The position numbers and the translations under genes are program-made. 33,322 nucleotides of DNA from an uncultured bacterium (GTDB lineage Bacteria > Hydrothermota > E44-bin80), in NCBI GenBank assembly GCA_965369615.1, contig CBDUQV010000001.1:1-33322 (forward strand), read 5' to 3'. The notes under the pieces are model-generated. The model saw nothing but the letters and a program-made list of their open reading frames with translations, did no database searches and was not told the DNA's origin. Shown here one piece after another: positions 16,182 to 24,850 of this stretch; the first letter of the stretch is position 1, and each line of letters begins with the position of its first letter.

Positions 16182-16649
16182 ATGAAATGCCCATTTTGCG
16201 GTTTCCAGGACAATAAGGTTACTGACACCCGTCCAAGCAAGGACGGAAAATCTGTGAGACGAAGGAGGGAGTGTCTTGGCTGCTCAAGAAGATTCACCAC
16301 GTACGAATATGTAGAAAAATCTCCGCTTCTCGTTATAAAAAGGGACGGCAGAGAAGAACCATTTGACAGACAAAAACTTTTAATTGGAATCATGACAGCA
16401 GCGCATAAACGACCAGTAACCCGTCAGGAAATTGAAAAGATAGTTGACGGCATAGAAGAACACTTCTTTGACCTTGGAAACCTTACAATACCTTCAAAAA
16501 ACATAGGTGAAGAGATCATGAAAAGATTAAAAGAATTAGACGAAGTTGCATACGTAAGATTTGCCTCTGTATATAGAGATTTTAAGGATAAGGAAGAATT
16601 TCTGAAAGAAGTAAAAGACCTCAAAGATGCACCAAAAGAAAAATCCTGA
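16182..16649 (+). CDS. nrdR: transcriptional repressor NrdR (zinc ribbon plus ATP-cone)
   Basis: 155 aa. N-terminus MKCPFCGFQDNKVTDTRPSKDGKSVRRRRECLGCSRRFTTYE is the canonical NrdR opening. Confidence 0.95.
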   Translation: MKCPFCGFQDNKVTDTRPSKDGKSVRRRRECLGCSRRFTTYEYVEKSPLLVIKRDGREEPFDRQKLLIGIMTAAHKRPVTRQEIEKIVDGIEEHFFDLGNLTIPSKNIGEEIMKRLKELDEVAYVRFASVYRDFKDKEEFLKEVKDLKDAPKEKS

Positions 16650-16778
16650 ATAAACCGCTTACTCTCACCCTTTCTCATTGTTTTAGCTGGTTCTTATTCT
16701 ATTGAACTTGTTTTGCTTCAGACCACATTAAGGTGCATGGAAAAGAAAACGAATTTAACATTAAAATGCAAGAAAGAT

Positions 16779-16807
16779 TTGACAATACAGTACAGCTGTG
16801 TTATACA
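16779..16807 (+). promoter_or_regulatory. sigma70 promoter with extended -10 for the antiporter gene
   Basis: TTGACA (16779-16784), a 17-nt spacer ending in TGT, then TATACA (16802-16807). The ATG at 16819 is only 12 nt after the -10. Confidence 0.5.
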
Positions 16808-16818
16808 CTTGCACCAGT

Positions 16819-18018
16819 ATGAATTTTATTCTATTTATTGGTATTATAGTACTTGCAGGTTATCTCGGTAAAAAATTTTCGAACTGGATAAAACTTCCAG
16901 GGGTAACTGGCTACCTAATCATCGGTGTTCTGCTTGGCCAGTCTTTACTGAATATTCTCAAACCGGAATTTCTTGATAAAACCGGAATCATTACCGATGC
17001 CACCCTTGGTATCGTGGGGTTCATCATTGGAAGTCAACTTGCTATCAAAACATTCAAAAGGATCGGAAAACGAATTTTTCTTATCCTGTTTACTGAATCT
17101 TTTGGAGCTTTCATTCTCGTCTTTCTAACCATCCTCTTTCTCACGAGAAGGCTTGACCTTGCATTGCTCATCGGTGCTATTGCTCCAGCTACTGCACCTG
17201 CTGGAACGATCGCTGTGCTTCAGGAATTCAGGGCACGAGGGACGCTTACCAATTCGCTTCTTACACTTGTCGGACTTGATGACGTTATATGCATTATGAT
17301 TTATGTTTTTGCATCTGCGATTGTCAAAGTTGCCCTCTTCAGTACGGAATCGATTTCATTTGTTCAAATAGTCTTAATTCCGGTATACAAAATCCTACTC
17401 TCTATCATCATCGGTGGGGGCGCCGGAATACTGCTTTCCTTCATTTTAAGAAAGGTTCATACGCGAGAAGAAACAATGGTTGTTGTTTTTGGATTTATCT
17501 TTCTCCTCACCGGCATTTCAAATTTCCTCAACATATCACTCATTCTGGTTAATCTAACAATGGGAGTCGCTGTTGTAAACCTTTTTCATTTGACGAGCAG
17601 ACGCATCTCGAGGATACTCGATGAAACAGTGCCCATACTGTACATCATCTTCTTTGTCCTTGCAGGTGCGCATCTCAATGCTCGTTTGCTCCCTGCTATG
17701 GGAGTAATAGGATTCCTGTATATCATCTCACGCAGTATGGGAAAAATCGGGGGTGCAACCCTGGGCGCATTCATCTCAAAAGCACCGCCAGTACTGAAAA
17801 GGTTTCTTGGACTCGGATTGCTCTCACAGGCTGGTGTAGCCATTGGACTCTCCCTGCTCGTTGTAAGAGAATTTTCAGGTCTCGGTGAACAAGGAAGACA
17901 ACTCGCCTCTCTCATTGTCACAACTATCGCTGCAAGCACCGTTGTATTTGAAATCATTGGTCCCATAGCAACGAAATTCGCCATTACAAAAAGCGGAGAA
18001 GTAAAAAAGAAATCGTAG
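16819..18018 (+). CDS. cation:proton antiporter (CPA2/Kef-type Na+/H+ exchanger family membrane domain)
   Basis: About 12 TM helices with family-like segments (LPGVTGYLIIGVLLGQS, LLSQAGVAIGLSL). I moved the start from the track's GTG at 16798, which sits inside the -10 region, to the ATG at 16819 (MNFILFIG). Confidence 0.75.
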   Translation: MNFILFIGIIVLAGYLGKKFSNWIKLPGVTGYLIIGVLLGQSLLNILKPEFLDKTGIITDATLGIVGFIIGSQLAIKTFKRIGKRIFLILFTESFGAFILVFLTILFLTRRLDLALLIGAIAPATAPAGTIAVLQEFRARGTLTNSLLTLVGLDDVICIMIYVFASAIVKVALFSTESISFVQIVLIPVYKILLSIIIGGGAGILLSFILRKVHTREETMVVVFGFIFLLTGISNFLNISLILVNLTMGVAVVNLFHLTSRRISRILDETVPILYIIFFVLAGAHLNARLLPAMGVIGFLYIISRSMGKIGGATLGAFISKAPPVLKRFLGLGLLSQAGVAIGLSLLVVREFSGLGEQGRQLASLIVTTIAASTVVFEIIGPIATKFAITKSGEVKKKS

Positions 18019-18250
18019 CAATAATTGCACATGAAAAATCCAGACAACCACGCTCTTTTTATCGGAGCTTTAAAAAACCGGGAAAAGGGCAAAACCTTTT
18101 TTTCGCTGAAAACAACCAAAAAATAAGACCGTATCTTAAAAAGGCGCAGCGTATTCTATCAACAATTAGTGAGTATACTGTGATATCAAAAATACGCACC
18201 TATTTTGTTCGACTTGAAAGGAAGAACTGCAATCGCCAGGGATAAACTCC

Positions 18251-18279
18251 TTGATATTTCAAAGAAAATACGATATACA
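18251..18279 (+). promoter_or_regulatory. sigma70 promoter for the second cyclase gene
   Basis: TTGATA (18251-18256), a 17-nt spacer, then TATACA (18274-18279). The A of the ATG (18286) is the 7th nt after the -10, and there is no SD. Confidence 0.5.
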
Positions 18280-18285
18280 TGAATC

Positions 18286-21200
18286 ATGACTATGAATTGT
18301 CCTCAATGTGGATTTGAAAATCCGGAAGGCGCTAAATTCTGTAATCAGTGTGCAACGCAACTGGTAGCTGCGAAAGATAAACGCCTGGAACTCGTGCAAA
18401 GTACGCTTCCGGAAACAATGAAAGACAAAATTCTCTCAACAAAGATCGGGGGAGAGCGGAAGAATGTTACCGTTCTCTTCGCCGATGTCTCTGGATTTAC
18501 CAAACTGTCCGAGAAACTTGATCCTGAGGAAATCACCGACATCATCAATAAGCTTTTTAAGGTATTGATTAAAATTGTTTATGAATATGAAGGTACGATA
18601 GATAAGCTCATTGGTGACTGTATTATGGCACTCTTTGGTGCTCCAATAGCTCATGAGGACGACCCGGAGCGCGCTGCTCACGCTGCCCTGGATATTCTCT
18701 ATGCAATGGATAGCTTTAATGAGAAGCAAGGCACTAATCTTTCCATTCATATCGGTATAAACTCAGGTCTTGTGATTGTCGGTGGTGTTGGCTCAGATTT
18801 AAAAATGGATTATACCGTCATGGGAGATACAGTAAATCTTGCTGAGCGTTTAATGGAAACAGCCAAGGATGAGATACTGGTAAGCGAATCCGTTTATAAA
18901 AAGGCATCTTACCTGTTTGAGATGTCCGCACTCAAACCAGTTGCTCTCAAAGGCAAAGCCAAGAATGTTACGCCTTACCGCATCATAGCAAAGAAAGAAA
19001 CACCAAAGAGCAAACGGGGAATCCCCGGACTCGTTTCGCCTCTTGTGGGAAGGAACAATGAATTCAAAACCTTGAAATCCGCAGTTGATATCCTTCCAAA
19101 GGGATATGCAATTGCAATTTCCATTATCGGTGAAACCGGGCTTGGAAAATCCCGGCTCATCTACGAATTAAAGAAATACGCTGAAGGAAAAGTGATATGG
19201 TTAAGTGGAAGAGCTTTCTCATACGGGAAGCATTTCCCCTTTCGCATTTTTCAGGAGCAAATTCGCTCATACCTCTCGATGAGCGAATTTGACGCTGAAT
19301 CAAATGCACGTGAAAAATTACAGCAAAAAGCACAACTATTATTTAAAGAAAAATATGATGAGTACTTCCCGTACCTCTGCCTGTTTCTCTCTCTCAAAGT
19401 TCCCGAGCACCTGCGGGACAAAATAAAATACCTTGATCCTGAGCAGTTAAAATTGCAAACAGCTGTGTCTGTTAAGGCTCTCTTTAAGCACATAGCAGAG
19501 GGAAAAACCTTACTGCTCAATTTCGAAGACATGCATCTCATCGACGAAGAATCCCAGCAACTCGTTACATTTCTATTGGATGGCTTGAAGGATACTCCTG
19601 TTCTTTTTCTTTTCGAGACACGCCCCGAAGAGGAAACGGGAATTTACAGAATTAAAGACAGCGTGCAGAATCTCTACAAGAAGAGATACTTAGAGATTCG
19701 ATTGGAACCTCTCAAACAAAAAGATGCAAAAGAGCTTGTGGAGAATTTACTCCAGATACCAAATTTTCCTGCACACATTTCATCTCTTATACTTGAAAAA
19801 TCTGAGGGTAATCCTTTTTACATTGAAGAAATTATAGGAACATTCATCGATGCAGGAATTGTGCAAGCAAAACAAGATCGTTTACACGTTGTTTCTGATA
19901 TTTCCACTTTCGAAATTCCTGATACGGTAGAGGCAGTTGTACAAGCAAGGATAGACCGACTCCCCCTGGAAGCAAAAGAACTACTCGGAAAGGCTTCAGT
20001 AATCGGAAGAATCTTTCCATACAAGGTGCTATCGCGCATAGACGGTGAAACAAACATGCAATCACTTATCACTATCCTGGAAAACAGGCAATTCATCATG
20101 AAGTTGCATCCTCCTAGAGAAGACCTGCAGGATACAAAATTCAACTTCAAACACATTTTAACAAGAGATATCTGCTATAAGGGATTGCTTAAAAAGAAAA
20201 GAAGAACTATCCATAAAAAGGTAGCACAGTGCATGGAATTGATATACAAAGAGAAAATAGAGGACTACTTTGAAATTCTTGCCTTCCATTATTATAGTGC
20301 GGAGAATCTGGAAACGGCATGTTACTACTACGAAAAATCGGGTGATATTGAAAAAGAGTCTTATCGGAATGACGCTGCTATTGATAGTTATTCTTATGCA
20401 ATTAAAATTCACGAGGGACTTTTCCCTGAAGGAGAAGAAGAACAAAGGGCACACTTGCTCATCAAACGGGGTGACGTAAGAGAGTTACAGGCTGATTATG
20501 ATAATGCCTTAAAGGATTATGAAATGGCGCTGGACCGTTACACTGCAATCAAGAAGAAAGCAGAAGTAAAAAGTAAAATCGGTAACATCTATTACAATAA
20601 AAGTGAGTATGAAACTGCAATATCCCATTACAGACAGGCTGTTGAATTACTCAGGAGCGCCGACGCATCCCCGCTGTTATCAGAAATACTCATAGATTAC
20701 GCCCAGCTCCTGTCAGTGGGAAAAAGTGACCACGAAGCTGCAGAGAAAACTGTGGAGCAAGCATTTCAAATAATCGATAAAAAGAAAGAACCAAGTATCT
20801 ATGCGCATGGACTCAATATCCTTGGTAGTCTTTACTATAGAACGGGTGATTATGATAAGTCGCTTGAATATCGACAGAAGGCTCTATCTCTCTGGAAGGC
20901 ACTCAATGATAAAAGGGGAATAGCAAACGGATATACAAGTGTTGGTGCTGTTTACTACCGCAAAGGTCAACTGGATAAAGCACTGGAATTTTACCAGCAG
21001 TCTCTTGAAATTACAGAAGAAATTGGATACAAAAGGGGAATCGCCCAGGCGTGCAGGAACATAGGACTGGTCTATAAGGTGAAAGGGGTGAAAGACAGTG
21101 CATTGGAGTATTACAACAGATGCCTTTCAATCTCCGAAGAAATAGGAAACAAAGTGGGGATCGCCGCAGTATTCTTCAATATGGGGCATATCTACCTTTC

Positions 21201-22167
21201 AGGCGAACTGGATACAGCCCTTGCGTACTACAAAAAATCCCTCGAACTATCAAAGCAAATAGGAAACAAAGGTCCTATTGGTCAGGTTTCAAACAATATC
21301 GGAATTGTATATAGATACAAGGGAGAACTCAATAGGGCACTGAAGTATTACAAACACTATCTCATTATAGCAGAAGAGATCGGTGATAAATGGGGAATTG
21401 GGGCAGCAACGGGAAATATCGGTTTTGTATACTATGATAAAGGTAATCTCAAAAAAGCCATGGAGTATGGCAAGAAAAGCCTCAACCTCTTTGAGAAAAT
21501 TGGCTACAAAGGTGGAATCGGACTTGCTTCACAGATCATTGGAAATGTCCATCTTGATATCGGTAACATAGAAGAAGCGATGAAATACTTTAAGAAGCAT
21601 TTGAGTATTTACGAAGAAATGGGTATTAAAACAGAAATACGTCGAGCGTATCTGAGTCTTGGAAATCTTCACACTGAAATGCAGCAATTCGATCAGGCAA
21701 AGGTTTTTCTTGAAAAAGCACTCATAATTGCGGAAGAAGCAGGGGGCAAGATTGACATTTCAGAAACCTACATAACCCTTGCCGAATTACACACGGGCAT
21801 GAAGCAATATGTATCTGCTATTGATTTTGCAGAAAAAGCGTTCTTCCTTGCAAAAGACACTGGAGCAAAATCGAATGAAATTCTCGCTTTAAGAGCAATT
21901 GGTATGGCGCTTGCTTCAGAAAATCCTGAGAAAGCACAGTTCTATCTGGAAGAAGCAACTGACATTGCTCGGAAGCAGAACATGAAACTCACTTATGCAA
22001 AATCGCTTCTGGAATTAGCTCGAATTCTTAAGAAGTCGATGCAGTCAAAAGAAGCAGTGGAATACCTTGAAAAGGCAGAAAGAATATTTATACAAGTGGG
22101 TGCAGAACGGTGGGTGGAGAAGGTTCAGTCCCTTCTCAAGGAGCCTGCAGCTGATAAACGGGAATGA
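18286..22167 (+). CDS. zinc ribbon fused to a class III cyclase, a P-loop (AAA/STAND-like) NTPase and a TPR array
   Basis: 1293 aa. Zinc ribbon CPQCG-x10-CNQC. Cyclase motifs RKNVTVLFADVSGFT, IDKLIGDCIMALFG and YTVMGDTVNLAERLM. Walker A GETGLGKS at 19129-19152. Walker-B-like LLLNFEDMHLID. More than 600 aa of TPR follow (for example YYKKSLELSKQIGNK). Confidence 0.9.
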   Translation: MTMNCPQCGFENPEGAKFCNQCATQLVAAKDKRLELVQSTLPETMKDKILSTKIGGERKNVTVLFADVSGFTKLSEKLDPEEITDIINKLFKVLIKIVYEYEGTIDKLIGDCIMALFGAPIAHEDDPERAAHAALDILYAMDSFNEKQGTNLSIHIGINSGLVIVGGVGSDLKMDYTVMGDTVNLAERLMETAKDEILVSESVYKKASYLFEMSALKPVALKGKAKNVTPYRIIAKKETPKSKRGIPGLVSPLVGRNNEFKTLKSAVDILPKGYAIAISIIGETGLGKSRLIYELKKYAEGKVIWLSGRAFSYGKHFPFRIFQEQIRSYLSMSEFDAESNAREKLQQKAQLLFKEKYDEYFPYLCLFLSLKVPEHLRDKIKYLDPEQLKLQTAVSVKALFKHIAEGKTLLLNFEDMHLIDEESQQLVTFLLDGLKDTPVLFLFETRPEEETGIYRIKDSVQNLYKKRYLEIRLEPLKQKDAKELVENLLQIPNFPAHISSLILEKSEGNPFYIEEIIGTFIDAGIVQAKQDRLHVVSDISTFEIPDTVEAVVQARIDRLPLEAKELLGKASVIGRIFPYKVLSRIDGETNMQSLITILENRQFIMKLHPPREDLQDTKFNFKHILTRDICYKGLLKKKRRTIHKKVAQCMELIYKEKIEDYFEILAFHYYSAENLETACYYYEKSGDIEKESYRNDAAIDSYSYAIKIHEGLFPEGEEEQRAHLLIKRGDVRELQADYDNALKDYEMALDRYTAIKKKAEVKSKIGNIYYNKSEYETAISHYRQAVELLRSADASPLLSEILIDYAQLLSVGKSDHEAAEKTVEQAFQIIDKKKEPSIYAHGLNILGSLYYRTGDYDKSLEYRQKALSLWKALNDKRGIANGYTSVGAVYYRKGQLDKALEFYQQSLEITEEIGYKRGIAQACRNIGLVYKVKGVKDSALEYYNRCLSISEEIGNKVGIAAVFFNMGHIYLSGELDTALAYYKKSLELSKQIGNKGPIGQVSNNIGIVYRYKGELNRALKYYKHYLIIAEEIGDKWGIGAATGNIGFVYYDKGNLKKAMEYGKKSLNLFEKIGYKGGIGLASQIIGNVHLDIGNIEEAMKYFKKHLSIYEEMGIKTEIRRAYLSLGNLHTEMQQFDQAKVFLEKALIIAEEAGGKIDISETYITLAELHTGMKQYVSAIDFAEKAFFLAKDTGAKSNEILALRAIGMALASENPEKAQFYLEEATDIARKQNMKLTYAKSLLELARILKKSMQSKEAVEYLEKAERIFIQVGAERWVEKVQSLLKEPAADKRE

Positions 22168-22182
22168 ATTGGTTAATGAAAC

Positions 22183-22211
22183 TTGACTTTCTTCTCTTTC
22201 TCTGATACAAC
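22183..22211 (+). promoter_or_regulatory. sigma70 promoter candidate with extended -10 for the GH18 gene
   Basis: TTGACT (22183-22188), a 17-nt spacer ending in TGA, then TACAAC (22206-22211). The 46-nt leader ends in a GAGGAG SD before the TTG start. Confidence 0.4.
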
Positions 22212-22257
22212 AAATTGATATACAGATCATAGATACTTCATTCACCGAGGAGACTAT

Positions 22258-23730
22258 TTGAACTCATTATTAGGAACACTATTTATTATTCAATCTTTTC
22301 TATTCTTTGACTACAAAGGTATTCATGAAGTGGAATGGAAGATCCACCAGGGCGAGGTTTTCACCATTCCTTCTCCGGAAGGAGTAACATACCGAAAAGA
22401 GAGAAAACGGGAACTCACAAAAGATGTATATGGATACTACCCGTACTGGATGGGAACTGCTTACAACAATCTTCAGTATGACCTTCTATCACATATTGCT
22501 TACTTCTCTGTCGAACTGCATGGTGATGGAAGCCTGGGAGCAATTCCAAACCTTTCCCTTCTCCAAAATCTCAGAAATGTAGCACATTCGCATGGTGTAT
22601 CAGTTCTGATTACAGCAACACAATTCGATGATACTATAATAGCAAATTTGCTTAATTCTGCTGCAGCACGATCAAATGCGGTTACCAATCTACTCAATCT
22701 TGCGCTCACTCACTCCCTTGATGGTATTTCAATTGATTTTGAATTCCCTGACAATACAGTCAAAGATAGTCTGACGGTCTTTATGACGGAATTAGCAGAT
22801 ACGTTTCATGCATACATACCTGTCGCACACGTGAGCATTGCTACACCTGCAGTTGATTGGGGTAATGCTTTTGATTATGATGAACTCGCACTCAATACAG
22901 ATGGTCTATTTATTATGGCGTACAATTACTACTGGTCGGGCTCTTCCTATGCAGGTCCTGTATCACCACTGCTTTCAAGCACTCTGTGGGGCGCCTACAG
23001 TGTTATGTGGACAATTAATAATTATGTACAGTATGGCATTTACAGGGATAAATTTATTCTTGGCTGCCCTTATTACGGGTTAAGGTGGCCCACGGAAAAT
23101 GATAGCTTAAAATCACCAACAAGGGGCACAGGAGGTGCGCTCACCTACACAAGAGCAGCAGATTCAGCTGCAGTGTATGGAAAACTCTGGGATGATACAT
23201 CGAAAACCGTCTGGTATAAAAACTATATAGCTGGAGACGGGTGGTACCAGGGCTGGTTTGACGATTCCTTGAGCCTTAGAATGAAATATCAGGTGGTTAT
23301 TGACAGTAACCTCTGCGGTGCAGGAATCTGGGCATTAGGATATGATGGAACAAAGATCGAATTGTGGGGTGCACTCAGGGATGCTTTCTATTATACTGGA
23401 ATAAAAGAAGTAGCGAGAAATAAATGCACAATTCTTAGAGTTTATCCTAATCCCTTCAGGGAAAAGACAGTTATAGAGTTTGGGAGTTCTGGAGTTCTGG
23501 GGTTTAACTCTCAACTCTCCAACTCTCCAACTCTTCAACTAACAATATTTGATGTAAGTGGAAGGGAGGTAAGGAACTTTTTACTTTTTCCTTTTGACTT
23601 TTCACTTTCCACGACAGTGGAATGGGATGGTAAAGATAACGACGGCAGACTATTACCTTCTGGCACATACTTTTGCACTTTCACATCAGGGGAAAATAAA
23701 AAAACACAAAAGGTTCATTTCATACGATGA
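22258..23730 (+). CDS. glycoside hydrolase family 18 protein with a T9SS/FlgD-Ig-type C-terminal sorting domain
   Basis: 490 aa. TTG start 5 nt after GAGGAG, with an in-frame stop at 22216. GH18 catalytic strand LDGISIDFEFP (D-x-E present), plus YGYYPYW and FIMAYNYY. C-terminus LRVYPNPFREKTVIEF...IFDVSGREV...WDGKDNDGRLLPSGTYF. Confidence 0.8.
   Translation: MNSLLGTLFIIQSFLFFDYKGIHEVEWKIHQGEVFTIPSPEGVTYRKERKRELTKDVYGYYPYWMGTAYNNLQYDLLSHIAYFSVELHGDGSLGAIPNLSLLQNLRNVAHSHGVSVLITATQFDDTIIANLLNSAAARSNAVTNLLNLALTHSLDGISIDFEFPDNTVKDSLTVFMTELADTFHAYIPVAHVSIATPAVDWGNAFDYDELALNTDGLFIMAYNYYWSGSSYAGPVSPLLSSTLWGAYSVMWTINNYVQYGIYRDKFILGCPYYGLRWPTENDSLKSPTRGTGGALTYTRAADSAAVYGKLWDDTSKTVWYKNYIAGDGWYQGWFDDSLSLRMKYQVVIDSNLCGAGIWALGYDGTKIELWGALRDAFYYTGIKEVARNKCTILRVYPNPFREKTVIEFGSSGVLGFNSQLSNSPTLQLTIFDVSGREVRNFLLFPFDFSLSTTVEWDGKDNDGRLLPSGTYFCTFTSGENKKTQKVHFIR
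23476..23540. repeat. two opposed 8-nt-period microrepeat tracts inside the GH18 sorting domain
   Basis: GAGTTTGG GAGTTCTG GAGTTCTG (23476-23499), a GGGTTT spacer, then AACTCTC AACTCTCC AACTCTCC AACTCTTC AACT (23506-23540). The GAGTT and AACTC cores are mutually complementary. Confidence 0.8.
23578..23612. repeat. five tandem heptamers TTTTTAC TTTTTCC TTTTGAC TTTTCAC TTTCCAC inside the GH18 sorting domain
   Basis: Read directly from the sequence. The tract encodes FLLFPFDFSLST. Confidence 0.8.
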
Positions 23731-23881
23731 AACAAGAAATAAATCAAGACTGCTTCGGATACACTCATGCTTTCCTAATTCAAGAAAACCTGAAGCCGCA
23801 CAATTTCGTCTATGCAGTGCATCTCTTTGAACTAATGAAACAAATAAAACCAATTTAGCTCATCCAATTCGCAATTCTCTA

Positions 23882-24850
23882 ATGGACTATTACAGTAGCT
23901 TTAGCGAACATCTAAAACAACGCTTTGGATTCAAGGTATACAAGATACCTGTTTCACTTGGCGCAAGCTGTCCCAACAGAAACACCACCAGCAAGGGATG
24001 CACATACTGTGACAATCTGGGATCTGCTTCACCAATAATTCAGAATACTCTCACTCTCCGGGAACAAATAGAAAAAGGTATAAAGTGGGCTGCAACCAGG
24101 TTCAAAGCAAAGGGATTCATTGTGTATTTTCAGCCATTCTCCAATACATTTCTCACGCTTCACACTCTCGATGAAGCACTGAAGCTTGCACTCAGCGTTG
24201 ATCGTGTCGTAGGGATTTCCATTGGTACAAGACCTGATTGTGTGCCTGAAGAAATGTTAGAACTGGTTGCTTCTTATGCGCAACAAACATACCTGTGGAT
24301 GGAATACGGGCTGCAATCAGCGCATTATAGAACGCTCACCGTAATCAATAGGGGACATACGCTTGCTGATTTCATCGATGCTGTTTTGAGAACAAAACGC
24401 AAAAACAACATCCACCTTTCCGCACACACGATCATCGGACTGCCAGATGAAAATCGCAATGATATTATCGAAACTGCAAGGACCGTTGCTTCCCTTCCCC
24501 TTGATGGTATAAAAATTCATCTTCTGCATATACTGAAGGGTTCAGACCTTGCAGAAGAATTCCGGGCAGGTACATTTCCCGTACTCTCAATGCATGAGTA
24601 TGCATCTCTTGTCGTTGACGTTATTGAGCGACTTCCCAGGACCATTCTCATCCAAAGAATCACTGGTGAAGCGGAAAAGAAACGTCTTCTTTCCCCTCAG
24701 TGGTGTCTTGAAAAACAGACGGTAATCAATGCAATCCTCAATGAGTTCAAAAAAAGAAACACCTGTCAGGGTGCAAAATACAAATTCGGTCTTTCGTTGT
24801 CTGAACTGGAGAGGAGGATATTTGAGAAAATCCCATCTAAACTGGGTTGA
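23882..24850 (+). CDS. TIGR01212-family radical SAM protein (YhcC-like)
   Basis: 322 aa. YKIPVSLGASCPNRNTTSKGCTYCDN matches the family's unusual C-x11-C-x2-C cluster motif. The size is typical for the family. Confidence 0.8.
   Translation: MDYYSSFSEHLKQRFGFKVYKIPVSLGASCPNRNTTSKGCTYCDNLGSASPIIQNTLTLREQIEKGIKWAATRFKAKGFIVYFQPFSNTFLTLHTLDEALKLALSVDRVVGISIGTRPDCVPEEMLELVASYAQQTYLWMEYGLQSAHYRTLTVINRGHTLADFIDAVLRTKRKNNIHLSAHTIIGLPDENRNDIIETARTVASLPLDGIKIHLLHILKGSDLAEEFRAGTFPVLSMHEYASLVVDVIERLPRTILIQRITGEAEKKRLLSPQWCLEKQTVINAILNEFKKRNTCQGAKYKFGLSLSELERRIFEKIPSKLG

Noticed and set aside
16798-16818. GTG at 16798 as the antiporter start, as in the ORF track.
   Set aside because: It falls inside the spacer and extended -10 of the TTGACA-N17-TATACA promoter. 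The seven extra residues (MLYTCTS) precede a normal MNFILFIG membrane N-terminus.
23661-23677. Sigma54-like element TGGCAC-N-TTTGCA, about 200 nt upstream of the radical SAM gene.
   Set aside because: The GG-to-GC spacing is 12 nt rather than the invariant 11. It also lies inside the GH18 coding sequence, where it encodes SGTYFCT of the sorting domain.
24729-24821. ATG at 24729 as the alanine racemase start.
   Set aside because: It would overlap the radical SAM gene by 122 nt and add a non-conserved Ser/Lys-rich extension. The TTG at 24822 behind AGGAGG fits normal Alr length. The start remains uncertain.
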